64,000 nt of DNA from Candidatus Latescibacterota bacterium (GCA_965248755.1 OZ252149.1:4224001-4288000), one strand, 5' to 3'; positions 32,335 through 44,451 are shown, numbered from the stretch's first letter. Notes: a model not told the origin generated them from the sequence alone. Numbers and translations: made by a program.

Positions 32335-33228
32335 TTAGTTGGAGAAAGTTGACTTCATGCGGCCCCAGGTGTCAGCTTCGACCGATGTTGCAGGTACCCA
32401 GATGCTGGAATCAAAGGGGGCCAGGAGATAGTCGACGCAGTTGTCGGCATGATTGTCCAATCTTGTGGCCCCGCTGTTCGTCCAGAAGCCGTTGTAGCCC
32501 CCAACTTCGAGATCGTCATCGTCCATAACAGCAAAGCCTATTCCGATGATGGCCCCCTCTTCATAGGTATGTATTATGCTATCATCTACACTATTAAAAT
32601 CTATATCGTCAAATCCCATGAAGTATGTCTCCACATTCAGCGTGCCCGGTCCACCAATTACACCAGCAAAGGTCCAGGTAAGGTCGGCATAAGGAGGCAA
32701 TCCTGCCCATGCGGCCGCTCCCCAAAACCAGATGGGATTCTCTCTGTTCAGAAAATAGTGATAGTTTTGCGCCTGAGCTGAGTTGTACCTGTCGGGATCC
32801 AGATCGAGATCTTGCATGACCTGGTACTGTCCTCCGCTGTGGTCAGCATCGATGACCCACTCGATCATCTCCCGAATGTCCACCCCTGCGAAGGAAAGAG
32901 AGACATCGTCGTACCTATCTTCCATTGTATATATCAGGTTAGTCACCGGACTCCATCCTACGATTATCCGTTCGGCAAGGTTAGAGGAGTCCGGATCCCC
33001 CAGGCCTCTGACAGTCTCTATCAGATCGTCATGCGTCACCCAGAACTCTGAGGGAACGTTAGCCCACTCGCTTAGATCGCTGTCTACTTCAATGTTCTGG
33101 AACTCATCGGTGCCAATCGGCACCTGGACAGCAACGAAGTTCCTATCCGACCTCAAATGAGCAGAACCCGTACTTATAGCAAAAAGAACAAATCCCAGGG
33201 CTGTAAATATCGCAAATATTGTCTTCAT
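32335..33228 (-). CDS. Secreted acidic protein (CBM9/DOMON-like) with a TSVEADTWGRMK C-terminal motif
   Basis: Signal peptide; IEVDSDLSEW; terminal ATSVEADTWGRMKSTF. Confidence 0.6.
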   Translation of the reverse strand: MKTIFAIFTALGFVLFAISTGSAHLRSDRNFVAVQVPIGTDEFQNIEVDSDLSEWANVPSEFWVTHDDLIETVRGLGDPDSSNLAERIIVGWSPVTNLIYTMEDRYDDVSLSFAGVDIREMIEWVIDADHSGGQYQVMQDLDLDPDRYNSAQAQNYHYFLNRENPIWFWGAAAWAGLPPYADLTWTFAGVIGGPGTLNVETYFMGFDDIDFNSVDDSIIHTYEEGAIIGIGFAVMDDDDLEVGGYNGFWTNSGATRLDNHADNCVDYLLAPFDSSIWVPATSVEADTWGRMKSTFSN

Positions 33229-33266
33229 GGCGCTATCCTTTCATTGTGAATAATTAGACTCCGAAA

Positions 33267-36200
33267 TTATTGTGTCCTTCCGAAGTTATCCAGAAAAAGG
33301 ACAAAGTCAGAAAGACCGATCTCTCCATTGCCGTCTAAATCAAATATAGAATTGGCTGAAGTGGTCGTTGTCCCGAACGCATCTAGAAACAGGACAAAGT
33401 CGGCAAGGCCTACTTCATTGTTCCCATCGAAATCTGCTGCAAGGTCTGGGGGAACAGCAGATATATCAGAGAGATTCAACAACACTGATACATTATCGCT
33501 GTTCCAATTAGCCACAGCCAGGTCATTTGTCTCATCGCCATCTAAATCTGAAATAAATACGGAATGGGGACCGTCTCCAGCATCAAAGTCCAGCTTATCT
33601 TCGAATGTCCCATCTCCTTTATTCAAGAATACTGACACATTATCGCTGAAAGAATTAGCGACAACCATGTCATTATCCTCATCACCATCTAAATCCGCGA
33701 TGAAAACTGAGCGGGGAAAACTTCCGGCGTCGTAGTCTATCTTAGGTGCAAATGTCCCATCGCCATGGTTCAACAACACAGATGCGTTGTCGTTGAAAAA
33801 ATTTGCCACAGCTATGTCATTATCTCCATCAGCATCTACATCCGAAACGAAAACGGATATGGGACCATTCCCAGTGGGATAGTCCACCTTGTCTGCAAAT
33901 GTCTCATCTCCATTATTCATCAGCACTGATACGTTGTGGCTGGACGTATTAGCTACAGTCAGATCATTATCTCCATCCCCATCGAGATCCGAAGCGAAAA
34001 TCGAATGAGGACCAGCGCCAGCGGCGTAGTCGCTCCTATCTGGAAATATTCCATCTCCTTTATTCAGCAACACTGACACACTATTGCTGAGCTGATTTGC
34101 CACAGCTAAATCATTATCTCCATCGCTATCTATATCCGAACTATAAACCGATATAGGACCATCACCGGCAGCATAATCTATCTTAGGCGCAAATGTGCCA
34201 TCGCCATTATTCAACAGTATTGATACATTGTCGCTGCTGAAATTAGCTACAGCTAAATCGTTATCCCCATCGCCATCTAAATCACCAATGAATACTGATT
34301 GAGGAACATCTCCAGCGGGATAGTCTATCTTGGGCGCAAACTTCCCGTCTCCATCATTAAGTAGCACAGAAACAATATCATTGCTCAGATTAGCTACAGC
34401 TAAATCGTTATCCCCATCGCCATCTAAATCTCCACTGAATACTGATTCCGGTTTTTCCCCGGTGGCGTAGTCAGTCGGAAGTCCGAAAAAGACAAAAGCA
34501 AACGCAAATCCATTCTCAAGTGTGTCTGCCTTACCGTCAGCATTTGCAACTATCACATCGACAGTACCGACAGGGTGTGCGGGAGGCAGAGCGGTAATTC
34601 TATTGCTGGCCACTACGACTACATCTATGGCTGCCATATCCCCGAAAGTGACAGTCGCTCCGATCCCGAAATTACTCCCCGTAATCGTCACAAGCGTACC
34701 GCCCGATTCTGAGCCGACACCGGGCCTGATAGATGTCACAACAAGAGGGGGAGGAACAATAAACTCAAAGGCGTTAAAGAGCGTGTCTGTCTGACCGTCT
34801 GGATATGTGAGTATCACATCCACAGTACCAACAGGATGACCGGGAGTCAGAGCGGTAATTCTATTGCTGGCCACTACGACTACATCTGTGGCTGCCATAT
34901 CCCCGAAAGTTACAGTCGCTCCGATCCGGAAATTACTCCCTGTTATCGTCACGGACGTACCGCCCAATTCTAGGCCGGAAGTGGGACTGATAGATGTTAC
35001 AACAGGAGGAGGAGGAACAATAAACTCAAATCCGTTAAAGAGTGTGTCTGTCTGACCGTCGGGATTTGTTACTATCACATCGACAGTACCGAGAGGATGA
35101 GCAGGAGTCACAGCCCTAATAGCAAGGGAGGATAGTACGGCTACGTCTATGCCTGCCATATCCCCGAAAGTAACGGTCGATCCGATCCGGAAAGTACTCC
35201 CTGTAATCGTCACAGGCGTACCGCCCGATTCTGAGCCGACACCGGGCCTGATAGATGTCACAACAAGAGGTCCAGTAAGGACAAACTCAAAGCCACTAAA
35301 GAGCGTATCTGCCTGACCGTCGGGATTTGTTACTATCACATCCACAATACCGAGAGGATGAGCAGGAGTCTTGGCAGTAATAATACCCAGAAGTCCTACA
35401 GCTACATTTGTGGCTGCCATATCGCCGAAAGTAAGAGTCGCTCCACTCTGGAAATTGCTCCCCGTTATCGTCACAGGCATACCGCCCAATTCCGTGCCAG
35501 AGGTAGGACTAATAGATGTCACAACTGGAGAAAGCGGCACATTAGACCGATTCAACAACACTGATACACCGTTGAGATGAGCCGTAACCAGGTCATTATC
35601 TCCATCCCCATCTAAATCTGCAATGAAGACTGATATGGAACCATCCCCAGCGGTGTAGTCCACCTTAGGTGCGAATGTACCATCTCCATTATTCAACAAC
35701 ACTGACACATTAGCGCTTTCCAAATTAGCCACAGCAAGGTCATTATCCCTATCACCATCTAAATCTGCAATGAAGACTGATATGGAACGATCCCCAGCGA
35801 TGTAGTCCACCTTAGGTGCAAATGTACCATCTCCATTGTTCAATAGCACTGACACAATACCGGGCCTGCTACTAAAGCCTCTCGCATTAGCCACAGCAAG
35901 GTCATTATCTCCATCTCCATCTAAATCCGCACTGAATACTGACCTGGGATCTTCCGTTGCGTGATAGTCCACCTTAGGTGCAAATGTACCATCCCCATTA
36001 TTCATCAACACTGATACAGTATTGCCGGGACGTCCACTAGCCACAGTCAAGTCATTATCTCCATCCCCATCTAAATCTGCACTGAAGACTGAATTGGAAC
36101 CAGACTCAGTGGTATAGTCCACTTTGTCTGCAAATGTCCCGTCTCCATTATTGAACAGTACTGATACAGTACCCACCACATTAGCCACAGCCAGATCATT

Positions 36201-36947
36201 ATCCCCATCCCCATCTAAATCAACACTGAAAACTGATTGGGGACTATCCCCAGCGGGATAGTCTACCCTAGGTGCAAATGTTCCATTTCCATTATTCATC
36301 AACACTGATATACTACCGATGTCAACAAATGAAAATAAAGCAGAATTAGCCACAGCCAGGTCATTATCCCCATCTCCATCTAAATCTGCACTGAATACTG
36401 AATTGGGAACACGCCCAGTGGGATAGTCCACTTTAGGTGCAAATGTACCATCTCCATTATTCATCAAGACTGATACAGTGCTGTCGGGGGTGGGGGTGAA
36501 ACCCCCGAAACCCCCATTGGCCACAGCCAGGTCATTATCTCCATCTCCATCTAAATCCACGCTGAATACTGACGAGGGTTTATGCCCAGCGGGATAGCTT
36601 GTCGGAAGTCCGAAAAGGGTAAAAAGAAACTCAAATCCATTCTTAAGTGTGTCTGCCTGACCGTCGGGATTTGTGACTATCACGTCCACAGTGTCAGCAG
36701 GATGAGCGGGACTCACAGCTCCAATAGCGAAGGAGAATTTACGGTTTACATCTGTGGCCGCACGATCTCCGAAAGTGACAGTCACTCCGCTTTGGAAATT
36801 GCTCCCTCTTATGCCCACAGCCGTGCGCACGAATTCCGGTCCGGAACTGGGAGTAATAGATGTAACGACAGGAGGTTCCTGTGCATAGGCAGTCGCATTC
36901 AAAGCGTACAGCAGTGCCAGCGCAGTGTAGAGTATGGTTAATTTCAT
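33267..36947 (-). CDS. Secreted FG-GAP/VCBS plus IPT/TIG repeat protein with a dockerin-like tail
   Basis: Many DLDGDGDNDLAVAN repeats; five VTSIxP..GGTxVTITGSNF-type units; terminal EF-hand pair. Confidence 0.9.
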   Translation of the reverse strand: MKLTILYTALALLYALNATAYAQEPPVVTSITPSSGPEFVRTAVGIRGSNFQSGVTVTFGDRAATDVNRKFSFAIGAVSPAHPADTVDVIVTNPDGQADTLKNGFEFLFTLFGLPTSYPAGHKPSSVFSVDLDGDGDNDLAVANGGFGGFTPTPDSTVSVLMNNGDGTFAPKVDYPTGRVPNSVFSADLDGDGDNDLAVANSALFSFVDIGSISVLMNNGNGTFAPRVDYPAGDSPQSVFSVDLDGDGDNDLAVANVVGTVSVLFNNGDGTFADKVDYTTESGSNSVFSADLDGDGDNDLTVASGRPGNTVSVLMNNGDGTFAPKVDYHATEDPRSVFSADLDGDGDNDLAVANARGFSSRPGIVSVLLNNGDGTFAPKVDYIAGDRSISVFIADLDGDRDNDLAVANLESANVSVLLNNGDGTFAPKVDYTAGDGSISVFIADLDGDGDNDLVTAHLNGVSVLLNRSNVPLSPVVTSISPTSGTELGGMPVTITGSNFQSGATLTFGDMAATNVAVGLLGIITAKTPAHPLGIVDVIVTNPDGQADTLFSGFEFVLTGPLVVTSIRPGVGSESGGTPVTITGSTFRIGSTVTFGDMAGIDVAVLSSLAIRAVTPAHPLGTVDVIVTNPDGQTDTLFNGFEFIVPPPPVVTSISPTSGLELGGTSVTITGSNFRIGATVTFGDMAATDVVVVASNRITALTPGHPVGTVDVILTYPDGQTDTLFNAFEFIVPPPLVVTSIRPGVGSESGGTLVTITGSNFGIGATVTFGDMAAIDVVVVASNRITALPPAHPVGTVDVIVANADGKADTLENGFAFAFVFFGLPTDYATGEKPESVFSGDLDGDGDNDLAVANLSNDIVSVLLNDGDGKFAPKIDYPAGDVPQSVFIGDLDGDGDNDLAVANFSSDNVSILLNNGDGTFAPKIDYAAGDGPISVYSSDIDSDGDNDLAVANQLSNSVSVLLNKGDGIFPDRSDYAAGAGPHSIFASDLDGDGDNDLTVANTSSHNVSVLMNNGDETFADKVDYPTGNGPISVFVSDVDADGDNDIAVANFFNDNASVLLNHGDGTFAPKIDYDAGSFPRSVFIADLDGDEDNDMVVANSFSDNVSVFLNKGDGTFEDKLDFDAGDGPHSVFISDLDGDETNDLAVANWNSDNVSVLLNLSDISAVPPDLAADFDGNNEVGLADFVLFLDAFGTTTTSANSIFDLDGNGEIGLSDFVLFLDNFGRTQ

Positions 36948-37001
36948 TTTAGATCCCCCCTCAATTTTTGGTCGATCCGGTATAACTGCTCAGAAGCGGC
37001 T

Positions 37002-37193
37002 TCATAGAAAAGAAATTATAATATATGTAAGCAACGCTAACACCAAAAATCCGATCACGATTCTTATGACGAACGCTCCGATTTTCATCGCTATCCACAG
37101 AAGGACAAGGACTGCTATCGCGGCTATTATGATTTCTACTTGCGTGAGTTCGCCTGTGGAGAATCTTTCGACTATCGTATCGAGAAGCCCCAC
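37002..37193 (-). CDS. Small two-TM membrane protein
   Basis: AAGGAGG upstream of GTG; two hydrophobic helices. Confidence 0.6.
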   Translation of the reverse strand: MGLLDTIVERFSTGELTQVEIIIAAIAVLVLLWIAMKIGAFVIRIVIGFLVLALLTYIIISFL

Positions 37194-37818
37194 TTTGAAG
37201 GATCCTCCTTACTTTCTTATTGACTTTATCCCAAGGTATATCTATATTACTCCTTCGTTTCGGCAGAATATAATCAAGTTTCTTTTCAAAGTCAAGCGGA
37301 TTTAGTCAACGCAAAACAGTCGGGGAATTTTGATAAATGAAGCATCATCAACAGCAAACAACGTTAAGCTCCTCATCGCAGACGTGGATGAAGTCCCGAC
37401 CCCACGCAGCAAAGACGATACATTGTTGGTACTAAGGGCATGTAGGCCATGTACAGAAGAAATTCAACTCCAAGGACGGAAGTGGGATTTTATTTCTGAG
37501 AGAACTCGCAAAGCTCGAGGCTATGCTTTTCTCCCAGGATGGCACGCAAGTTATCTCAAAAAAAGCAGAATGGCTAAATATACGAGGGCTTCATCAGGGA
37601 GTGGAGCACAAAGTCTCGTATGAAGAAGGTCGGATTCTCGGTCGCAGTCCATGACGTTGTTACAGCCGTAAGACAGATCGTCCGCTATGTGACCTCGCGC
37701 TCGTGTAGCAGATGGAGCCTTCTGCGAGGTCTGTGAGATAATACTCAAAGCCAGAGGCGTAGGCCTAACGTGAGCATTGCTGGCATTTGATCGTAGTTCA
37801 CAGGAATCAGATCTAGAG

Positions 37819-38586
37819 ATGACAATTGGTTATGTAATAAAAGGTGCGCTTAAGAATCTGAGACATCATAAGATCGGGAAATGTAATATATGTGGCAACT
37901 TCACAGTCTTTATCTGCACAGACTTGATGACAGCGACCAACAACATGTACTGCCTTTTCTGCGTCAGCTCATCCCGGAAAAGACATGTTGCAAAAATGAT
38001 CATTGAAGAGGTTATTCAGGGTATCTCCTCTATCTCCAAGATTCCGAAAGGTAAGGATATCAAGATTTACAATACAGATGTAGGTGAATCATTTTATAGA
38101 GTGTTACATAAGCACGAGTCATATATTTGCTCCGGTCTGTTCCCTGATGTTGAACCGGGGACTCAGATTAGGAAGAGGGTATTTTGCCAAAACATAGAGA
38201 ATTTGACATTCCAGAACGATACTTTTGAGCTGGTAATAAGCGAAGATGTCTTTGAGCATGTAAGAGATCACGAAAAGGGATTTCGAGAGATTTGTCGTGT
38301 ATTGAAAGTCGGTGGTTATCATATTTTTACAGTTCCCTGCTATTTCGATAGACCTAGCATCGCTTATGTTGATACCTCTGGCGACGAGGATGTCCATATT
38401 CACCCACCGCGGTACCACGGTGATAAAATCCGGGGCAAGATACTGGCTTATAGGATGTTTGGGATCGATATTTACGATCTTCTCAAATCTATCGGCTTCG
38501 AAACGAAAGTGAATTTTCCCAGATATGTGGATCGAAAGTACGGGATTTTTGATAGTCATGTATTCATCTCTAAGAAATTGGGTTAG
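37819..38586 (+). CDS. Class I SAM-dependent methyltransferase with N-terminal CxxC pairs
   Basis: CNICG, CLFC; QNIENLTF, SEDVFEHV, RVLKVGGYHIFTVP. Confidence 0.75.
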   Translation: MTIGYVIKGALKNLRHHKIGKCNICGNFTVFICTDLMTATNNMYCLFCVSSSRKRHVAKMIIEEVIQGISSISKIPKGKDIKIYNTDVGESFYRVLHKHESYICSGLFPDVEPGTQIRKRVFCQNIENLTFQNDTFELVISEDVFEHVRDHEKGFREICRVLKVGGYHIFTVPCYFDRPSIAYVDTSGDEDVHIHPPRYHGDKIRGKILAYRMFGIDIYDLLKSIGFETKVNFPRYVDRKYGIFDSHVFISKKLG

Positions 38587-38688
38587 CATCGCGTTCTAGC
38601 GATCTCTCTTGGAGTTGACTCAAATGACTTCGGGATTTTAGATAAACATGAACTGTAATTAAGCGGTTGTGATTTCAAGAGTGAACTT

Positions 38689-39558
38689 GTGATACTTCAG
38701 ATACTGATATCCATGCGGCCCAGGCAGTGGATTAAGAACTTCTTCGTACTGGCGGCCCTGGTCTTTTCAAAGAATCTCCTCGATACCGATTCCCTGTACA
38801 AGAGCCTTGAAGCCTTTGGACTTTTCTGTCTCATTTCAAGTTCTGTATATATAATCAACGACATCCTCGATCTGGAAAAGGATAAAAGACATCCTGAAAA
38901 AAGAAAAAGGCCCTTGGCCGCCGGGAAGATGAGCGTCCCGACAGCTTGGGCCGCGGCTGTCACAATGTTGTCCCTTTCCCTATTACTTTCCTTTTGGCTT
39001 AAAACATCTTTCGGAGCCGTAAGCTCTGTATACTTGGTGCTCAACCTTGCGTATTCTGTCTACCTTAAGCACATAGTTATCGTAGATGTTATGATGGTAG
39101 CCTTCGGATTTCTGCTGAGAGCTGTTGCAGGAGCTGTCGTCATAAATGTTGATATATCATCCTGGTTTATGCTGTGCACCGTGCTTTTGGCGCTCTTTTT
39201 AGGGTTCGTCAAGAGGAGACACGAGCTTGTTATCCTCAAGGAAGGCGCATCAGATCACAGAAAGTCGCTCGAAGAATACAGCTCCCTGTTCCTCGATCAG
39301 ATGATAGCCGTCGTCACCTCTGCCACTTTAATTTGCTACGCCCTCTACACCATGTCGCCTGAGGTCGTACGCAAACTCGGAACGGAGCGTCTGGACCTGA
39401 CCGTTCCCTTTGTCCTCTACGGAATCTTGAGATACCTATATCTGGCCTACGAAAAGAGCGAAGGTGGTAATCCCACTACGACCATCTTACACGATGGTCC
39501 GCTTCTGATAGACCTGGGACTCTGGCTCTTGACTTTGGTGCTTATCCTCTACACTTAG
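38689..39558 (+). CDS. UbiA-family decaprenyl-phosphate phosphoribosyltransferase-like protein
   Basis: RPRQWIKN, YIINDILD..D..HPEKRKRPLAAG, KRRHEL. Confidence 0.9.
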   Translation: MILQILISMRPRQWIKNFFVLAALVFSKNLLDTDSLYKSLEAFGLFCLISSSVYIINDILDLEKDKRHPEKRKRPLAAGKMSVPTAWAAAVTMLSLSLLLSFWLKTSFGAVSSVYLVLNLAYSVYLKHIVIVDVMMVAFGFLLRAVAGAVVINVDISSWFMLCTVLLALFLGFVKRRHELVILKEGASDHRKSLEEYSSLFLDQMIAVVTSATLICYALYTMSPEVVRKLGTERLDLTVPFVLYGILRYLYLAYEKSEGGNPTTTILHDGPLLIDLGLWLLTLVLILYT

Positions 39559-40477
39559 CAAGTAGCAGCATCTCTTCCCGAAAAGAAGTCAGGTTACTTT
39601 GTGTTCTTCGCGCCTTGACGCTATATCCTGTTCAACCTGGCGCGGTAGCAATGCCCACAGCGCCCGTGAGACCTGCATGACTTAGATACGTTTCGGATAA
39701 CCTCAGTATAACCGAAAGCCGATCAAAAGCCTCCAGACCTGATGCGTATTGTCCTCTTTGGGCCCTGCTCCCTTTTCAAATCTGCGAGAGAACTTGTACA
39801 CTTTCCCCTGAAGATGGAGGTAAAACCTGTCACCTTCCTTGCGGCGTTTTATGTCGACTCCGATGTAATCTAATCCTTCCTCCATCCTGTCTATGCCCTC
39901 GTCTCCCGAAAAAGGCACAAGTGCCTCAGCCCTTTCACGGTCGTATTCAAAACCCACCCTAATGTCATTCCAGATCTGATAAGTCGTCCTGAAGAAAGCG
40001 TCTCTTTCTTCATTCCTGAAGCCCTGCTCTTCTGTGCCTCTCCCGACGTGGTGTCCTACAATCCAATCCCTGTAGATATAGGGGAAGTTGCCAGCGACAT
40101 CCCCGCTGTGCGCATACCAGCCGTTCGGCGCCGAGATCCCTCTCCTCAAAAACCTACTTTCGACGACCTGAAATAGCCTTGCTAACTCTATCCTCAGATC
40201 CGCCCTTCCGTCCCTAAATAGGTCTCCAAGGTACGCACCTATCAAATAAGCACTATTGCGGCCCCAAGGTATTACCCTCCTTGCAAACCCCGGGTACCAC
40301 ACATCGTCTCCGGCTGTTAAACCATAGAGCTTAACGTAATCGTATAGATATACACTCCCCCCCACCTCAGCGATGGCATTGCCTCTTATATCCCCTGCTG
40401 TCTGATTAAGAATGCTCTCTATGGGGTTCTCCTTAATGACGCCCCCGACGCTTGCTCCTACAGCGATCTTGTTTAGA

Positions 40478-41748
40478 CCGACATTCCCCATATCACATTC
40501 ATGAGGGATTGTATTTCGATACAATCTTGTTTGTGAATGAATATTACCACTTTTACATTTTTCAACAAGTATTTTTTTCAATTAATTATAGTATTTTCCT
40601 CTGAATTATCACTTTCTTTGTGTTTAAATCCTCCAAATCGGAGACACCTCTCCATCGACTCACAAAAAAATGTGGCAGTTTAAACAGAGTAATATCGCAA
40701 TCGTTCAATCCGGGATAATATTTCGGTAAATAAGCTCTTGTCTATCCCAACCTCAGCCATCTGAAACGTGATGTATCTGCTGTGCCTGACAAGCTTCGCG
40801 CCAATCTTGATCAATGTCACGAGGAGGCTGCCAAGAGACCCCGGGATAATATCAGTGTTTGATTCTCCCTGGAAGAACCAACCGCCTTAGCCCGATTAAT
40901 TCATAAACTTGCTGGAGTTATTGCGAGGAGCAAAGCGGTCCCCGATTGAGTCTATCGGGGAAGCAATCTCAAGGTTTTATAGTGGTCTCCTATGAGAGTC
41001 GGAGAGTATTACATCTACCACAAGTAACCCCCGATTAAATCTATCGGGGGGATTGCTTCGCCTTCGGCTTGCAATGACACCGAAGGTGGTTAAACGGCAT
41101 AACTATAATATAATACAATCCCTTAATTAATACACGGACTTTTTTTGTGAATTATTCGCCTCAGAAAGTTTCCAAGATTATAGGCCAGAAGAAATAACCA
41201 GAGCCTCACCTGATCCCTTTCTGAACCCACATAGCATTGATATCTGTCAGGTGATATCTGACAGGCTGTTGAGATTTTCCAACTGAGTCAGTATCTCCGT
41301 TTCAAAACGTCCTATCGTGTTGGCGCTGGCGGCGTGCTTGCCTTTGCCCTTCTTTCCGGTAATCGCTCGCATTACTGGGTCAACTGGTAAAGGATGAGCA
41401 TTATTCACAGCTTCATATCCTGCAAGACGACTGTAAATCGATTGACGCATCAGTGTGGGCATATCATGTTGGATATTAAGTCCTCTTCGTAGATCGTTAA
41501 AAAGACTAGATACTGAGTCGAATAATCCTAAAACGTCATCGAGGTCACGATACGCAAGAAGACCACCATCAGATGTCACCTTGGCACGATCAAATTCAAG
41601 CTTAATAGTTCCATCAAATCCCATATTCATCCTTTCACCCTCTGGATGATCAATACTTATCCGCCATTTCCGAGTCTTATTTATTGTAATCTAACATGTT
41701 CTGGTGACTTTGACAACCGTTTTTCGGGTCTAATATGAGGAATGGTGG
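40478..41748 (-). mobile_element. Internally deleted IS1380 copy with a 5-bp TSD (TTAGA)
   Basis: TTAGA at 40473-40477 and 41749-41753; same IRs as 5793-7418; lacks the segment matching ~6241-6898. Confidence 0.9.
40891..41160. mobile_element. MITE-like insert inside the IS1380 copy, carrying an inverted REP-like pair and palindrome copies 4 (40940-40960) and 5 (41029-41049)
   Basis: Absent from IS copy 1; imperfect IRs cccgattaattcataaa / tttgtgaattattcgcc; flanks ttag/tcag. Confidence 0.6.
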
Positions 41749-42591
41749 TTAGATATGTCCACTGGAGCCTTGCGGTAATAAGGCTTACCTCATCTCCGGT
41801 TCGACTTTGAAGACCGTCGATAATAGAGGTGCTCCCGGACACTGGACCCAAACTATGTTCTATCTGAATGGACCTAAGAGGAGGAGCGTTGTCTGTCAAC
41901 ACAAAATTTCCATGGTAGCCCGGTCCCCACCATTGTCTGCTCTTCCCAAATAAAAAATCGGTCCTCAGAAACCTTACTTTAAGATAGACCTCGTCTAACT
42001 TTGCTACGGTTCTCTCGTCCTTTCCGAAAAGGTAAGGAGATGCAAAAAAGGCAGCATAAGGCGTAATACTTGCTCCTACATCTATTTTGGCCCCGATGCT
42101 GCCGCCCTTGGAAAAGTGATAAGGCTCAATATTATCCACATTTTTAACTGCCGCTCTGGTAGCTCCAAAGAGGGTTAACTCCCCCTTTATGTAAGGGATA
42201 AAAAGTTTTTTCCTTTTTCCCCGCTCTGCCTTTGCTATATCCTCCAATTCGAGTCGAAACTCGTGCTCAAGGTCTAAGACCCATCTTTCTACCTCCAAAG
42301 ACAATGCCGGCTTACTCTTTGACAGTCCATAAACTAAAAGAGCGGCCTCATAACGTCCGATGGGTTTGCTCTCGGACGGAGGACGCTCTAAAAGTCCCTT
42401 TGTGTTTAACCTTTCCAGGATACCGTACGCCCAGTGATGCAGGGGCAAAGCGACAGATGCTCTCCTTTCCTGGAACGGAGTCCACGTTCTACCTTGTGCC
42501 CAAACCTTACCGGCGTTAGCAGTACTGAGGTTCCCAAGCAGTATCGGAGAACTTTTTGGGGAAAAGAGGATTAGGGCAACATACGCACAAC

Positions 42592-44426
42592 TTAAGAACT
42601 TCCACTTTGATGATTTCTGCAAAACTCCTGAAGTCCCTTCAAAAGTCCCTCTCTGTCTACCCTATCGACGTAGTCGATAATGTTTTGGATCTTCTTGTCC
42701 AGCCCATCGATCCGATTAGAAGACGTGATCCTTAGTATCTTATCGTGCACAGTAGGCTCTACCTTTTCGTCTCCGTTCCAAAGTTCTTCGTGCATCTTTT
42801 CTCCGAGCATAAGTCCTGTGAAGACTATCTGTATATCCTTGTCCACTTCCAGTCCGGAAAGATGTATCATGTCCTTTGCCAGATCCAATATTTTGATCGG
42901 GCGTCCCATGTTCAATATGAATATATCTCCCCTATTTCCTATCGCCGCTGCCTCCAATACCAACTGTGCCGCCTCTGGGATTGTCATAAAGTAGCGGGCT
43001 ATATCAGGGTGAGATACTGTAACGGGGCCTCCTTCTGCTATCTGTTTCCTGAATATAGGGATGACACTTCCGTCGCTGTCCAGGACGTTGCCGAATCTGA
43101 CTGTGACAAACTTGGCCCTGCTTTGTCTGCCGAAATCCTGGATGAAGAACTCCGCCAGCTTCTTGGATACACCCATAACTCCCACCGGATTAACTGCCTT
43201 GTCTGTTGAGATATTAACAAAGGTCTCCACACCGCCTTCCTCTGACAGCTGTGCCGCAGCTATAGTCCCAGCTAAATTGTTCTTTATGGCTTCCTCAGGG
43301 TTCAACTCCATCAAAAGCACGTGCTTATGAGCCGCAGCGTGAAAGACGATCTGTGGCTTGTGTTCGCCTATCATGGCCCTGAACTTTGCCCGGTCGTTAA
43401 TATCTCCTATTATCTGGACAATCTCCGTATCTCTTGCAATCTTTTCAAATTCAATTCCCAAAAAGTGCATATTGTTCTCAGCTTTGTCATAGAGCACAAT
43501 TTTGAAGGGATTATAAGCAGAAGTTGGCGGCATATCTCCGCACCGATAGAGCCCGCTGCTCCGGTTACTAATACAGTTTTATTTGCTATAAACGAGCGTA
43601 ACTTCTTAGTATCTAAATTCACCTCCTCTCTACCTAAAAGGTCCTCAACCTTGACGTCCCTGAGTTGATTTATAGGAGATTTTCCATTTACCATCTCGGA
43701 GGATGCGGGTGCGATCTTGAAATCGATGTTGCATTCTGAGCATATATCTACGATCTCCCTGATCTCTTGTCCACTCGCATCTGGAACCGCCATGATCACT
43801 TGCCTGATCTGTCTGCTTTGAATGATGTTTTTCATCTTCTCCACCCCGCCTAAAATCTCGATTCAGTGAATCCGCATGCCCACATTGGCGCCCGAATTGT
43901 CTATGAATCCCTCGATCTTATACTGCTCCCGATGGTTATTCTCCACCTCCCTGACGATCAGCTCTGCTGTGCTTCCTATGCCGTATATTAGGACAGGTGC
44001 GGCAGATCCTCGCGGTCTCAGCACAGACTCCAAACTCGACCGGAATCTGATAACAAATCTGCTACCCCCGATAAGCAGGATCATAGACATCCAGTCCAGC
44101 AAGAAGACACGCCTTGGGAAGTCCACCGTGCGCAGGACGTATACCAAAGCGATCAGAACTATACTCCCTATCGTAATACTCTTGCATATCTGAACTAAGT
44201 CCTCAACACTTGCATATTTCCATAGTCTGCGATAGAGATTCGTAACTGAGAATATGCCTATCCTCACTGGGATCGCCAATACCACCATAAGCATCAGGTT
44301 ATACCTCTGAGCTTCGGGGAATGAGAAGTTAGAGATCACCCCGAACGATAGGAAAACCGAAATTGCTATAGACAGCAAGTCTGCTACTATCAGGAGGATT
44401 TGGTGTCTTTTTAATCTTATGTTCAC
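42592..44426 (-). pseudogene. CapD/PglF-like nucleotide-sugar 4,6-dehydratase with a nonsense codon and a frameshift
   Basis: VEDLLGRE, VTGAAGSIG, HAAAHKHV, STDKAVNP, VRFGNV; TGA at 43863-43865 and a 1-nt loss near 43519. Confidence 0.85.
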
Positions 44427-44451
44427 CGATTCGTGTCCCAGAATTTCAGCT

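Larger units (their letters stand above)
39703..42622 (-). pseudogene. Capsule assembly Wzi-like outer-membrane protein split by an IS1380 copy
   Basis: HWAY..LERL, WWGPGYHGNFVLTDNAPP; removing the IS and one TSD rejoins QWTYL-NKIAVG in frame. Confidence 0.75.

Noticed and set aside
40478..40581. MKK.LVEKCKSG... ORFs (also 5684-5896) as real gene starts
   Set aside because: They read outward from the IS1380 end; fusion to the Wzi 3' half looks incidental
835..43865. UGA-to-Gly recoding: in-frame TGA at expected Gly positions (NPQT*PVY at 835; MRIH*IEI at 43863)
   Set aside because: TGA is a true stop in several intact genes (ends at 17544, 29206, 63527); both affected genes carry other lesions; GGA>TGA is a single substitution
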